Positions 1 through 10,489 of a stretch of 62,096 nucleotides of DNA are shown here, piece after piece. A program made the translations under genes and the position numbers. Source of the DNA: Candidatus Methylomirabilia bacterium (GTDB lineage Bacteria > Methylomirabilota > Methylomirabilia > Rokubacteriales > CSP1-6); the NCBI GenBank assembly GCA_041497895.1, contig JBGQHJ010000008.1:1-62096 (forward strand), read 5' to 3'. Numbering within the stretch: the stretch's first letter is position 1; each line of letters starts with the position of its first letter. Under the pieces are notes generated by a model. It ran no database searches, had not been told where the DNA came from, and was given only the letters and a program-made list of their open reading frames with translations.

Positions 1-1639
1 CATCGGTGACTGCCTCCACCTGCTGGTGCTCGGCCCGGAGCAGGTCGACGAGCACGCCCGCAACGTCCGGCTCGTCGTCGACCACCAGGACCCGGCTCCC
101 CGGCGGGAGCGCGCGGTGCGCCGACGGCGGCTGCGTGGCGCCACCCGTCGGGGCCGCGTCCACCGGAAGCTCGATGGTGATGGTGGTGCCTTCGCCGAGC
201 TTGCTGTCCACCCGGACGGTCCCGCCGTGCCCCTCGACGATGCCCAGGCAGAGAGGCAGGCCCAGACCGGTGCCCTGGCCCACCGGCTTGGTGGTGAAGA
301 ACGGCTCGAAGATGCGCCCCAGGACCTCGGGCGGGATCCCGCCTCCCGTGTCGATCACCTCGATCGAGACGGGCGAGTGCTCGGCCCGGGACTGGGTGCG
401 GAGGGTGAGCCGCCGCGTGGAGGTGCTCCCGTGCATCGCCTGGTGGGCGTTGGTGATGAGGTTCACCACCACCTGGTGGAGCTGGTGCGGATCCGCCCAG
501 AGCGTCGGCAGATCCTCGGCCAGCTCCAGGCGGACCTCGACGTTGTCCACCCGCAGCGGGTAGGCGAGCAGCTCGACCGCCTCGCGAACGACCCGATTGG
601 CGTCGACCCTTTGCCGCTCCGGCGGGTGCTGCCGGGCCAGGGCCAGGAAGTTGCGCACGATCCGCACACACCGCTCCGCGGCGGCGGCGATGCGGTCGAG
701 GCGCTCCCGGGACGGGCCGTCGCCGAGCGTCTGGCGAAGGATCGAACTGTAACCGGACACCACCGTCAACGGGTTGTTCAGCTCGTGCGCGACCCCGGCG
801 AGGAGGGTGCCCATGTCGGCCAGCTTCTCGCTCTGGATCCGGGCCGCCTGCTGACGGGCCAGCTCGCCCTCGACCCGCCGGCGCTCGGTCACGTCGCGCG
901 AGTTGACGAGGAAGCCGGCGAGCATCGGATGGTCCAGCATGTTCTTGCCGATGGCCTCGAGAATCCGCCACGAGCCGTCCTTGTGGCGGAAGCGGAACTC
1001 GAGCGTCCCGGTCGCGCCGGGCGTGCCGTGCAGGCTCTGGAGCAGTGAGATCGCCTTTGCCGAGTCCTCTTCCGGCATGAACTCGAAGGCGCTGTGGCCC
1101 TCGAGCTCGTGGGGCTCGTAACCCAGGGTGCGCAGGACGGCCGGGCTCTCGTAGCGGATCTTGCCGTCCGGGTCGAGGATCGTGATGATGTCGAGCGCGT
1201 TGTCGAGGAGCAGCCGGAAGAGATCGTCGCGCGCCTTGAGGCGCTCGCGGACCTCCTGGTACTCGGTCACGTCCTGCTTGACCGCGATGAAGTGGGTGAT
1301 CTCCCCGTTCGCGCGGCTGACCGGGGTGATGGTCTCGTCCTCGGTGTAGACGCTACCGTCCTTGCGGCGGTTCACGAGGCGCCCGCGCCAGACGTGCCCG
1401 GCGCGGATGGTCGCCCACAGGTCCCGGTAGACCCCGGGCTCCTGCTCGCCCGATTTCAGGATGGTCGGGGTGCGCCCCACCGCCTCGTCCGCCGTGAAGC
1501 CGGTCAGGGCCGTGAAGGCCCGGTTGACCCAGACGATCAGGCCATCGTGATCGGTGATCACGACCGCGTTGGCCGCCGCGTCGAGCGCGAGGAGCCGGAG
1601 CTGCAGCAGCTCGTTGGAATCGATGCGGCCGACCGCCAT
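1..1639 (-). CDS. Hybrid sensor histidine kinase (PAS-PAS-HisKA-HATPase-receiver), runs off the window edge
   Basis: Manual translation from ATG 1639 (SD AGGGAGG): two PAS domains, H-box AHELNNPL, N-box NLITNAHQA, G-boxes DTGGGI/FFTTKPVGQGTGLGL, then receiver start RVLVVDDEPD. Not in the ORF track because the stop is outside the window. Confidence 0.93.
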   Translation of the reverse strand, partial: MAVGRIDSNELLQLRLLALDAAANAVVITDHDGLIVWVNRAFTALTGFTADEAVGRTPTILKSGEQEPGVYRDLWATIRAGHVWRGRLVNRRKDGSVYTEDETITPVSRANGEITHFIAVKQDVTEYQEVRERLKARDDLFRLLLDNALDIITILDPDGKIRYESPAVLRTLGYEPHELEGHSAFEFMPEEDSAKAISLLQSLHGTPGATGTLEFRFRHKDGSWRILEAIGKNMLDHPMLAGFLVNSRDVTERRRVEGELARQQAARIQSEKLADMGTLLAGVAHELNNPLTVVSGYSSILRQTLGDGPSRERLDRIAAAAERCVRIVRNFLALARQHPPERQRVDANRVVREAVELLAYPLRVDNVEVRLELAEDLPTLWADPHQLHQVVVNLITNAHQAMHGSTSTRRLTLRTQSRAEHSPVSIEVIDTGGGIPPEVLGRIFEPFFTTKPVGQGTGLGLPLCLGIVEGHGGTVRVDSKLGEGTTITIELPVDAAPTGGATQPPSAHRALPPGSRVLVVDDEPDVAGVLVDLLRAEHQQVEAVTD

Positions 1640-1684
1640 TGGACCTCCCTTCGCGAGATTGGCGCTTACACCAAGCATTGGAGG

Positions 1685-1700
1685 AGCAAGGCACGTGCCG
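1685..1700 (-). promoter_or_regulatory. Sigma54 (-24/-12) promoter
   Basis: Minus strand CGGCACGTGCCTTGCT matches YGGCACG-N4-TTGCW, about 45 nt upstream of the kinase ATG. Confidence 0.75.
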
Positions 1701-1851
1701 CCCCGCCGCTCCGGAGCGCGCCGGCCCCGATTCATGTTGACGATCGGGGGTTTAGCCAGGAGTGACGACCGGAAGGTTCGCGGAGGACATCGGGGGCGTG
1801 CGCTCGCCGGCGTGGTCCGGCCGCCCCAGGTGAGGCGGCGCCTACCCGGGA

Positions 1852-1891
1852 CCGCCGGCCCCCCCTGAGGTGCAGTCCGGGGGGCCGGCGG
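1852..1891 (-). terminator. GC-rich hairpin downstream of citrate synthase
   Basis: 13-bp perfect inverted repeat CCGCCGGCCCCCC/GGGGGGCCGGCGG with a 14-nt loop, 10 nt past the gltA stop. No U-tract. Confidence 0.4.
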
Positions 1892-1901
1892 CGGCGCGGG
1901 C

Positions 1902-3212
<1,311 letters not shown>

Positions 3213-3254
3213 GGGCTGTTCTCCGATCTCCTCGCGGCGATCTCGCCGCGGGTG

Positions 3255-3716
3255 TCAGGGGCGGGAGGGGCTCGCCGCGGCCGTCGTGTCGACGAAGGCC
3301 CGGACGATGTCCGTCTCGGTGATGATGCCGATCAGATGTCCGTCGTCGAGGACGGGGAGCGCTCCGATGCGGTGCTCCAGCATGAGCCGCGCGCCGTCCC
3401 GGGCCGGGCGGTCGGGGCCGATCGTGATCACCGATCGGGTCATGACCTCCTCGACCGTGAGCCTCGTGAGCAGGTGGTTGATCTCCCGCACCGACAGGCT
3501 GGTGGCCCGGGACGGCAGCGCGAGGCGGATGTCGCGGTCGGTGAGGATGCCGATCAGCGCCCCGCCCGGGCCCGTCACCGGCAGGTGCCGGATCCGCTTC
3601 TGGGCCATGAGGTCCCGCGCATCCTGCACGGAGGTCTCGCGGCGCGCCGTGATCAGCCCGCCGGTCATCAGCTCGCGAATCGTCATGGCCCTCCTCCCCA
3701 GCTCGCGAATCGTCAT
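3255..3716 (-). CDS. CBS-pair protein (AcuB-like)
   Basis: Two CBS domains (IRHLPV...GILTDRDI; IGALPV...GIITETDI). Two possible in-frame ATG starts, 3716 and 3686, each with an SD. Confidence 0.9.
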   Translation of the reverse strand: MTIRELGRRAMTIRELMTGGLITARRETSVQDARDLMAQKRIRHLPVTGPGGALIGILTDRDIRLALPSRATSLSVREINHLLTRLTVEEVMTRSVITIGPDRPARDGARLMLEHRIGALPVLDDGHLIGIITETDIVRAFVDTTAAASPSRP

Positions 3717-3717
3717 G
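3669..3717. repeat. 19-bp direct repeat duplicating the CBS gene start (MTIREL x2)
   Basis: CAGCTCGCGAATCGTCATG at 3669-3687 and 3699-3717, period 30 bp. Confidence 0.9.
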
Positions 3718-3774
3718 CCTTCCTCACCTCGCGGCGGATCGTCTCGGCGACGGTCGACCTCGCCTCCCGGTCCT

Positions 3775-3790
3775 GGCAAGCCGCGTGCCG
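3775..3790 (-). promoter_or_regulatory. Sigma54 promoter for the CBS (and possibly gltA) transcript
   Basis: Minus strand CGGCACGCGGCTTGCC, near-consensus. Tandem palindromes lie upstream at 3852-3891. Confidence 0.75.
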
Positions 3791-3947
3791 GGGGCTCGGT
3801 CGCCGGGCACCCCATGTTTCCGGGCACTTTCGTGCCTCCAGGACGGCCGGAGTGGGGAGTCTCGGTCCCACTGGGGCGCCGAAGTCCCCAGGGTGGGGAT
3901 CCGGGCACGGGCGGGGGGTGCCGCCGTGGAGCCCGGGAGCGAGAGCC

Positions 3948-4649
3948 CTAGAGAAGAGACGTGGCGGTGTACCTGGAGAAGGCAAGGTCGGCATTCGTGC
4001 CGGCCTCTCGCCTGAAGAAGCCGATCCCGGGCTGTCCATCCTTCCAGGTCGCATCGGTGGCGTGAGCGAGCTGCACGTCGTTGACGTAGCACGAGATGAC
4101 GGGGCCGACGATCTTGGCCCTGAGCACGTCCCCCGTCACGAGGCTCCGGCCGAGCCGCCCGTCGTCCTGCCCGATGCTCATGAAGTCTCCGTATGGGCCG
4201 TTCCACCGTACGACCTGGATGCTGCCGTCGAAGCTGAACAGGCACTCGTAGCCCCGCGCGCTCATGGCCGAGTCGGCCCAGCGCAGGAGGAGCTCCGCCT
4301 CGTGGGGAGTGCCGGCCAGGGTCGGGGAGACGTGGACGACCGCCTCGCCTTGATGATCGGGCGTGAGTCCGAAGAGGTAGGCGTACGAATCGTCGTAGCC
4401 GCCGAAGCCGGTCTGGGTGCCGTAGGCGAGCCCGTCCTTCTTCTGCACCTTCGCCCAGCTGAAGCCGCGGTGTGACCAGGCACCGTCTTCCGAGAGCGGG
4501 TTCTCGGCGCCTTCGAACCGGGTCGTGTATCGGCCGCCCGGGGCCGGCGTCGGGCGGGAGACCGCGGCGTCGCACCCCGAGAGCGCCAGGCTCGCGAGCG
4601 AGCCGGTCAAGAACCCGCGCCGGGTGATCGAGGGAGCGCGGCCGGGCAT
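3948..4649 (-). CDS. Tat-signal lipoprotein with probable beta-sandwich (lectin-like) domain
   Basis: TRRGFL twin-arginine motif, lipobox LSGC, beta-strand-rich body ending in PGIGFF. Confidence 0.7.
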   Translation of the reverse strand: MPGRAPSITRRGFLTGSLASLALSGCDAAVSRPTPAPGGRYTTRFEGAENPLSEDGAWSHRGFSWAKVQKKDGLAYGTQTGFGGYDDSYAYLFGLTPDHQGEAVVHVSPTLAGTPHEAELLLRWADSAMSARGYECLFSFDGSIQVVRWNGPYGDFMSIGQDDGRLGRSLVTGDVLRAKIVGPVISCYVNDVQLAHATDATWKDGQPGIGFFRREAGTNADLAFSRYTATSLL

Positions 4650-4656
4650 CGCGCGG

Positions 4657-5685
4657 TCAGGCGGGAAGTCGGTACACCCGGGCCGCGGTGTCGTGGAAGA
4701 GCTTGGCCTTCTCGGCCGCGGAGTAACCCCGGGCCAGGCGCTTGAACGAGTTCCACAGCACGGTGTAGCTGCAGCTCACCGCGTCCACCGGGAAGTTCGA
4801 CTCGAACATGCACCGATCGACGCCGAACTTCTCGATAGTGTGCTCGTAGTAGGGCCGGGTCGCGTCCGCCAGCTCCTGGCTGCCGGGCGGTCGCGGCCGC
4901 TCGTGCCAGCCGAAGCCGTTGACCTCCATGTTGATCCCGCCCAGCTTGGCCACCACGTTCGGGCAGGTCGCGAGCTCGTCGATGTAGCCGCGCCACTCCG
5001 CGTAGACCTCGCGGGCCCGGCCCGCGTAGGAGCCGACTCCGGCCGGCCCGCCGAAGTGGTCGAGGACGATCGTGGTGTCGGGGAAGGCGCGGGCCAGCGC
5101 GGTGACGTCCGGGATCTGCCGGTGGTAGCACCAGGCCTCGAACGTGAGGCCGCGCGGCGCGAGCAGGGCGAACCCGGCCCGGAAATCGTCCCGCAGCAAG
5201 AGGCCCTGCGGAGGGCGGGTGCGGTGGTTCGGCACCGCCTCGTCCGGATCCCACGCCGCGCCCAGGCGGATGCCGCGGAACCGTCCGCCGGCCGCCGCGA
5301 TCTGCGCGTCCAGCACCGGGGCCGCGGCGGCGCCCAGGCGCAGGGCGGCGGTGCCCACGATGCCGGCGGCCACGCGCGTCCGGCCGTAGAGGCCCGAGGC
5401 GCTCATCGCGGCGATGCCGTTCACGAACTCGGTCTCTCCGACCGCCCGCAGGGCCTCCGGCCCGTCGGGCTTGAACATCGCGCCGCACTCGATGAAGACG
5501 GTGGAGACGATGTTGTGGCCGGCCCGCACGTCCTCCAGGATCTCGTCGAGGAGATAGCGTGGGACGACGCGGGCGGTCTCGCCGTCCCACAGGTGATGAT
5601 GCGGGTCGCAGATCGGCAGGTCGGGCTCGAGCGGCTCCTCGACGGTCAGGGCGAGCCAGTCGTGGTTCTTCTTCCGCGCGGTCAC
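4657..5685 (-). CDS. Amidohydrolase family protein (Amidohydro_2 type)
   Basis: ICDPHHHLW, IVLDHFGGP, RCMFESNFPVD. Start placed at GTG 5685; the track's longer ORF is a run-on. Confidence 0.9.
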   Translation of the reverse strand: MTARKKNHDWLALTVEEPLEPDLPICDPHHHLWDGETARVVPRYLLDEILEDVRAGHNIVSTVFIECGAMFKPDGPEALRAVGETEFVNGIAAMSASGLYGRTRVAAGIVGTAALRLGAAAAPVLDAQIAAAGGRFRGIRLGAAWDPDEAVPNHRTRPPQGLLLRDDFRAGFALLAPRGLTFEAWCYHRQIPDVTALARAFPDTTIVLDHFGGPAGVGSYAGRAREVYAEWRGYIDELATCPNVVAKLGGINMEVNGFGWHERPRPPGSQELADATRPYYEHTIEKFGVDRCMFESNFPVDAVSCSYTVLWNSFKRLARGYSAAEKAKLFHDTAARVYRLPA

Positions 5686-5702
5686 CCCCGGCGCGCTCCG
5701 GC

Positions 5703-6572
5703 TCAGGCCTTCAGGTACTCGAACCAGAACCCGTTGCCCTCGCGCACCACCCGGCCGAAGGAGGGCGACGGGAAGTGCGAGGCGCACACCAGGACGTCCT
5801 GCTCGCAGTAGCGCTCGAGGAAGGCGCGCCGTGTGGCGGCGGCCTGCTTGGGGTCGAAGTCGGGCCGCGGCACCCAGTCGGTCTCGAGGCACTGCACCGG
5901 GGAGTGGATCAGGTCGCCGGTGATCACCGCGTGCTGGCCCCGGGAGGTGACGTGCACGCTCATGTGGTCGGGGGTGTGCCCCCACGTCGACTCGAAGCGC
6001 ACCTCGTCGTCGAGGGCGAAGTCGTTCTTCACCATCTGGGCGCGGCCCGCCTCGACGATCGGGATCACGCTGTCCGCGATCTGGTTCTGCGGGGTCTCCT
6101 TGTGCATGGCCGACCAGTACGTCCACTCCTTCTCGGACATGACGTACCGCGCGTTGGGGAAGGTCGGCACCCAGCGGCCCTGCTCCCAGCGCGTGTTCCA
6201 GCCCACGTGGTCGGTGTGGAAGTGGGTGGTGAGCACGTAGTCGACCTGCTCGGGGCGCACCCCGGCCTCGGCGAGGCGCCGGAGGTACTCGCCGCTCGAG
6301 GTCATGTTCCAGTTGGCCCGCGCGCGCTGCTTGTGGTCGCCCACGCAGGTGTCGACCACGATGGTGTGGTGCCGGGTGCGGAGGAGGAACGACTGCATCG
6401 GGAAGACCAGGCCGTTCACCGCCGGATCCAGGGCCCAGCCGGCGAGGCGCTGCCGGTAGGGCCCCCACTGCTCGGAGGTGATCTGCGGGAAGAACTGGGC
6501 GGCGTCGAAGTCCGGGCGCTCCGATTCGATGATCCGGTTGATGACGATGTCGCCGACCTGTCGCTGCAGCAT
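5703..6572 (-). CDS. Metallo-beta-lactamase-fold hydrolase
   Basis: THFHTDHVG, GHTPDH, TGDLIH motifs. Confidence 0.93.
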   Translation of the reverse strand: MLQRQVGDIVINRIIESERPDFDAAQFFPQITSEQWGPYRQRLAGWALDPAVNGLVFPMQSFLLRTRHHTIVVDTCVGDHKQRARANWNMTSSGEYLRRLAEAGVRPEQVDYVLTTHFHTDHVGWNTRWEQGRWVPTFPNARYVMSEKEWTYWSAMHKETPQNQIADSVIPIVEAGRAQMVKNDFALDDEVRFESTWGHTPDHMSVHVTSRGQHAVITGDLIHSPVQCLETDWVPRPDFDPKQAAATRRAFLERYCEQDVLVCASHFPSPSFGRVVREGNGFWFEYLKA

Positions 6573-6601
6573 GGGACGCCTCCTTGAGCGGAGCTGCCTG
6601 A

Positions 6602-6910
6602 TCAGAGCTTCGAGAAGTCGATCTCGTCCGCCCGGGTCCAGTCGAGACTGCCGCCGGCCCCGACCTTGGCGCGCACGTCCTTCAGGAATTCCCAGCCGTC
6701 GGCGGTCACCCGGAAGTGATCGGGGGCCGGCGCGGCTTCGATGAGCCCGGCCTCGGTCAGCCGCTTGATCGCGGCGGCCCGCTCGACGTCCTGCGGGGCG
6801 CGGCCGCCGAACCAGCTCCGGCTCTCGCGGCCCTTCTCGATCTCGAGCAGGACCTCGAGGCGGTGCAGCTTCAGGCGAAGCTCCCGCGCGTCACTCAGTA
6901 GATCGCTCAT
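6602..6910 (-). CDS. Small hypothetical protein, possible winged-helix
   Basis: ATG 6910 with GGAGGAG SD. C-terminal RLTEAGLIE...FRVTADGWEFL resembles a wHTH wing. Confidence 0.65.
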   Translation of the reverse strand: MSDLLSDARELRLKLHRLEVLLEIEKGRESRSWFGGRAPQDVERAAAIKRLTEAGLIEAAPAPDHFRVTADGWEFLKDVRAKVGAGGSLDWTRADEIDFSKL

Positions 6911-6995
6911 CGCGCGCTCCTCCCGTTGCCTCGCCGATGGCCGGCGAGGCGCCCAGAGTCTAGCAGAGTCGGACGCGATGAGGCATGCTGGCCGC

Positions 6996-7985
6996 ATGCT
7001 CGGCCGCCGCACGCTGCTCCGGGGGCTCGCCGGCACGCTGCTGGCCGCTCCGCGCCGGGCGGCCGCACAGCCGGCCCGGCGGACCTACCGCGTCGGCGTG
7101 CTCCGCCCCGCGCCGACCGACGCCCGCTTCCAGCGCGACTTCGGCGGCTTCCGGGACGCCCTGCGGGAGCGCGGCTACGCCGAGGGCGTGAACCTCGCGC
7201 TCGAGTACCGCATGCGGCCGGGCCCGGGCGAGGCGATCCTGGGCATGGCCTCCGAGCTGGTTCGCCTGCCGGTCGACGTCATCGCCGCGATCTCGCCCGC
7301 GGCGGTGGTCGCGGCGGCGAACGCGACGCGGACGATCCCGATCGTCGCGGTGGACCTGGAGTCGGATCCGCTCGCCACCGGGCTCGTCACCAGCCTGGCG
7401 CGGCCGGGCGGCAACGTCACCGGCCTCTTCCTGGACTTCCCGGAGCTGGCCGGCAAGTGGCTCGAGCTGATCCGCGAGGCGGTGCCGGGCCTGACGCGGG
7501 TGGCGGTGCTCTGGGACCCCGCGACCGGGCCCGCCCAGGTGAAGGCGGCCGAGGCCGCCGCCAGGACCCTGCGCCTGCAGATCCAGCCCCTGCAAGCGCG
7601 GGCCGCGGCCGATCTGGACGCGGTCGTCCAGGCGGCGGTGAAGGAGCGGGCGGGCGCCCTGGTGGTGCTATCGTCTCCGGTCTTCAACTCGGCCCGCCGG
7701 CAGGTCGCGATCCTCGCGGCGGAGAGCCGCCTGCCGAGCATCATGGCGTTCCCCGGCTATGCCGAGGACGGCGGCCTGATCGGGTACGGCCCGCAGCTGC
7801 ACAGCATGTTCGAGCAGGCTGGGCGCCACGTGGTGCGGGTGCTCAAGGGGACGCCCCCGCGTGAGATCCCGGTGGAGCGCCCGGCCCGGTTCTCGCTCCT
7901 GGTCAACCAGAAGACCGCCCAGGGCCTCGGCCTGACGATTCCGCCGTCGCTCCTGGCTCGCGCCGACGAGGTCGTTCAGCGCTGA
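6996..7985 (+). CDS. Orphan ABC transporter substrate-binding protein (ABC_sub_bind type)
   Basis: RRTLL signal, ATRTIPIV, SLARPGGNVTG, PVERPARFSLLVNQKTAQGLGLTIPPSLLARADEV. Confidence 0.92.
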   Translation: MLGRRTLLRGLAGTLLAAPRRAAAQPARRTYRVGVLRPAPTDARFQRDFGGFRDALRERGYAEGVNLALEYRMRPGPGEAILGMASELVRLPVDVIAAISPAAVVAAANATRTIPIVAVDLESDPLATGLVTSLARPGGNVTGLFLDFPELAGKWLELIREAVPGLTRVAVLWDPATGPAQVKAAEAAARTLRLQIQPLQARAAADLDAVVQAAVKERAGALVVLSSPVFNSARRQVAILAAESRLPSIMAFPGYAEDGGLIGYGPQLHSMFEQAGRHVVRVLKGTPPREIPVERPARFSLLVNQKTAQGLGLTIPPSLLARADEVVQR

Positions 7986-9490
7986 CGGCGGGCGAACGCG
8001 GGGATCCGCACGAGGTCCGGCACGAAGGAGTCGGCTACCGCCGCGCGGATCGGCGCCGACAGCGAGCGCATCAGCTCCGGCACCCCCCCGCGGGCGCCCG
8101 GATCGTGCAGGCGCGTGGCCAGCCCGGCCGAAGCGAGCCGCCCCAGCGACGAGAGGAAGAACAGGATGTGGATGCTGGTCCATCCGTACCCGGCCAGCAC
8201 GAAGTGCGCGGGGGCGAGGGTGGCGAGCTGGCCGGCCAGCACCGACGCGATGCCGAAGCCGATGCCGCCCGCGGTGGCGAAGGCGGCCAGGTAGAATGGC
8301 CGCCCGGTGCGGGGCGCAAGGCCGATCGAGAGGTCCAGCGCGGCGATGCCGTGACCGCCCCACAGGAAGCCGGAGATCACCGCCTCCACCGCGATCGGCC
8401 AGAGGCGCTCCGGAGTGGGGAAGAGCCAGATCGCGGGCACCACCGAGATGCCGAACGAGCAGCAGATCAGGACCGGCCGCGCCCCGATGCGGTCGACCGC
8501 GCGACCCCACAGCCGGGCCGAGGCGATCCGCACGATGGCCACGCCGACGCCGTGGACGGCCACGACCACGAAGCCGGTCCGCAGATTGGTCAGCAGGTGG
8601 TAGGCGAAGAAGCTGGCCGAGATGCCCACCGCGGCGTTCCAGGCGAGCTGATAGTGGAGGAAGGGCCGGGCGCGCACGTCGCCGAGCGCGGCCCGGAGGC
8701 TGCGCCAGCCGTCCAGGCCCGACTCGCGGACCACCGCCGCCGGCTCGTGCTGGCGGAGGAGGAGCCCCAGGCTCGCGAGCCCGGCGAGGCAGGCGACCGC
8801 GGTCAGCGCGGAGAGCGCGACCCCGGTGAAGCCGAGCGGCGCTAGCCGGTCGAGCGTCACCGCGGCGGTCAGCGAGGCCAGGGTGCCAGCGACGCTCAGG
8901 AAGATCGTGCGCTGCCCGAAGTAGCGGCCCCGCAGGCGGCCCGGGACCAGATCGCCCATCCAGGCCACCCACGCGCTGTTGCCGATCACGCCGAAGATCG
9001 TGCTGACCGCCACGATGCCGATGAACAGCCGGAGCTTGGCCGCCGGCGCCAGGTCGAGCCAGGGCAGCGCGATCAGGGGCAGGAAGGTGAGCCGCGAGAC
9101 GCACACCGCGAGGACCGTGGCGAGCTTGCGGCTGTGGGCGCTGATGAACCACGCGGCGGGCAGGCTCGTGACCTGGGCCACCAGCGGCAGCGCGCCGAGG
9201 AAGCCGATGATCGCGGCGCTCGCCCCGAGGTAGAGCGCCCAGCCGGTGATGACCGCGCCGGTGGCGCACGCGGCGAAGACCTCCGCGCACGCGCCCTCCG
9301 CGACCGCCGCGCAGAGGGAGCGGCGCAGCGGGCGGGCGGGCGCCGCGCGCACGCCGGCCCCACCGGGCGGGGGCGCGCCGGCCAGCGCGGGGCTCGATCC
9401 GGGCAGCGGCTCGCCGGGCTGGGGGATCGAGAGGGCCGAGGCGATGCGGGCCAGGGACGCGAGGACGACGGAGACGCGGACCATTCTCAC
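7976..9490 (-). CDS. MFS transporter
   Basis: About 12 hydrophobic segments, WMGDLVPGRLRGRYFG and WGRAVDRIGARP motifs. Start uncertain. Confidence 0.85.
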   Translation of the reverse strand: MRMVRVSVVLASLARIASALSIPQPGEPLPGSSPALAGAPPPGGAGVRAAPARPLRRSLCAAVAEGACAEVFAACATGAVITGWALYLGASAAIIGFLGALPLVAQVTSLPAAWFISAHSRKLATVLAVCVSRLTFLPLIALPWLDLAPAAKLRLFIGIVAVSTIFGVIGNSAWVAWMGDLVPGRLRGRYFGQRTIFLSVAGTLASLTAAVTLDRLAPLGFTGVALSALTAVACLAGLASLGLLLRQHEPAAVVRESGLDGWRSLRAALGDVRARPFLHYQLAWNAAVGISASFFAYHLLTNLRTGFVVVAVHGVGVAIVRIASARLWGRAVDRIGARPVLICCSFGISVVPAIWLFPTPERLWPIAVEAVISGFLWGGHGIAALDLSIGLAPRTGRPFYLAAFATAGGIGFGIASVLAGQLATLAPAHFVLAGYGWTSIHILFFLSSLGRLASAGLATRLHDPGARGGVPELMRSLSAPIRAAVADSFVPDLVRIPAFARRQR

Positions 9491-9621
9491 TGCGGCACTT
9501 CTCCTTCGAGATGATGGCTACGCCGACAGTGCCTGCAGGTTCGAGGCCACGGATCGACCGCGCGATTCTCTGGAGTTTCACGCGACGGACCTCGACGCCC
9601 GGCGGGCCGGTCGACGATCGC

Positions 9622-9637
9622 TGTCAGCGCGCTGACA
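9622..9637. promoter_or_regulatory. Perfect 16-bp palindrome, candidate transcription-factor site
   Basis: TGTCAGCGCGCTGACA (TGT-N10-ACA) in the divergent intergenic region. Confidence 0.45.
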
Positions 9638-9734
9638 CGGAGTGCCAGCCGCCGGCGCGGGTAGGAAGAGAATGCCGACGGGCCGGTTGCCCGCCGCGGG
9701 CCGGTCGGCTAGTCTCGGACCCGGTACCGGACCC

Positions 9735-10067
9735 ATGACGTGCCCCGCCATCTTCGTGGTCAAGGCCACCATCGCCCCCGAGCTCGAGGCGGCGTTCAAC
9801 CAGTGGTACGACTCGGTGCGATCGCGGGAGGCGGCGCAGGTCCCGGGCTGCGTCGCGATGCGCCGCTACGCGGCCATCCCGCTCGACACGCCCCACGCGG
9901 GCTCCGAGCCCTGGCAGTACATGGTCTGCTACGAGTTCGACTCGGAGGAGTCGCTACGCGCGTTCGCGGAGTCGGACACGCTGCGCGCCATGACGCGGGA
10001 CTACAACGCCCGCTTCGGCGGCTCGGGGGACCGGGCGCGCCTCGCGTACCGCCAGATCTATCCCTGA
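9735..10067 (+). CDS. EthD/DUF4286-like dimeric alpha/beta-barrel protein
   Basis: EAAFNQWY...VPG...RRY...YMVCYEFDSEE pattern. Confidence 0.75.
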   Translation: MTCPAIFVVKATIAPELEAAFNQWYDSVRSREAAQVPGCVAMRRYAAIPLDTPHAGSEPWQYMVCYEFDSEESLRAFAESDTLRAMTRDYNARFGGSGDRARLAYRQIYP

Positions 10068-10078
10068 GGGGTGCGCGT

Positions 10079-10480
10079 CTATTCGCCGGAACCGCGAGGC
10101 GGCGGCGGGGGGGGAGCCGGGCGCGCGAAGGGAGACGGCGCGGCCAGGATCTGGCGCACCTTGTCCACCAGGGCCTCGGGCGTGAACGGCTTGCCGATGA
10201 AGGGCAGGCCGGAGGTCGTCACCTCCGCCACCTTGTAGGCCGACATCAGCAGCACCTTGGTCCACGGGCTCACCTCCTGGACGCGCTTGGCCAAGTCGGT
10301 GCCCTTCATGAGCGGCATCACCATGTCGGTGACCAGCAGGTGCACCGCCTGCTGGGTAGACATCCGGATCGCCTGCTGGGGGTCGCCGGTGTCGAGCACC
10401 GTGTAGCCCTTGGCGGTGAGCATGCCCCGGACCACCGACCGGATGTCGGGCTCGTCGTCGACCACCAGCACGATCTCCAT
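10079..10480 (-). CDS. Single-domain response regulator
   Basis: VLVVDDE, LLVTDMVMP, MSAY, KPF. Confidence 0.93.
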   Translation of the reverse strand: MEIVLVVDDEPDIRSVVRGMLTAKGYTVLDTGDPQQAIRMSTQQAVHLLVTDMVMPLMKGTDLAKRVQEVSPWTKVLLMSAYKVAEVTTSGLPFIGKPFTPEALVDKVRQILAAPSPFARPAPPPPPPRGSGE

Positions 10481-10489
10481 GGTCCTAGC

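Noticed and set aside
3818..3837. Additional sigma54 motif GGCACGAAAGTGC
   Set aside because: GG-to-GC spacing is off by one; the correctly spaced site is at 3775-3790.
4657..6468. 603-aa fusion ORF, and similar long N-extensions at 40599-42290, 45393-47843, 45723-47759 and 56733-59000
   Set aside because: Run-on frames caused by stop-codon scarcity at high GC; family homology begins at the downstream starts given in the features.
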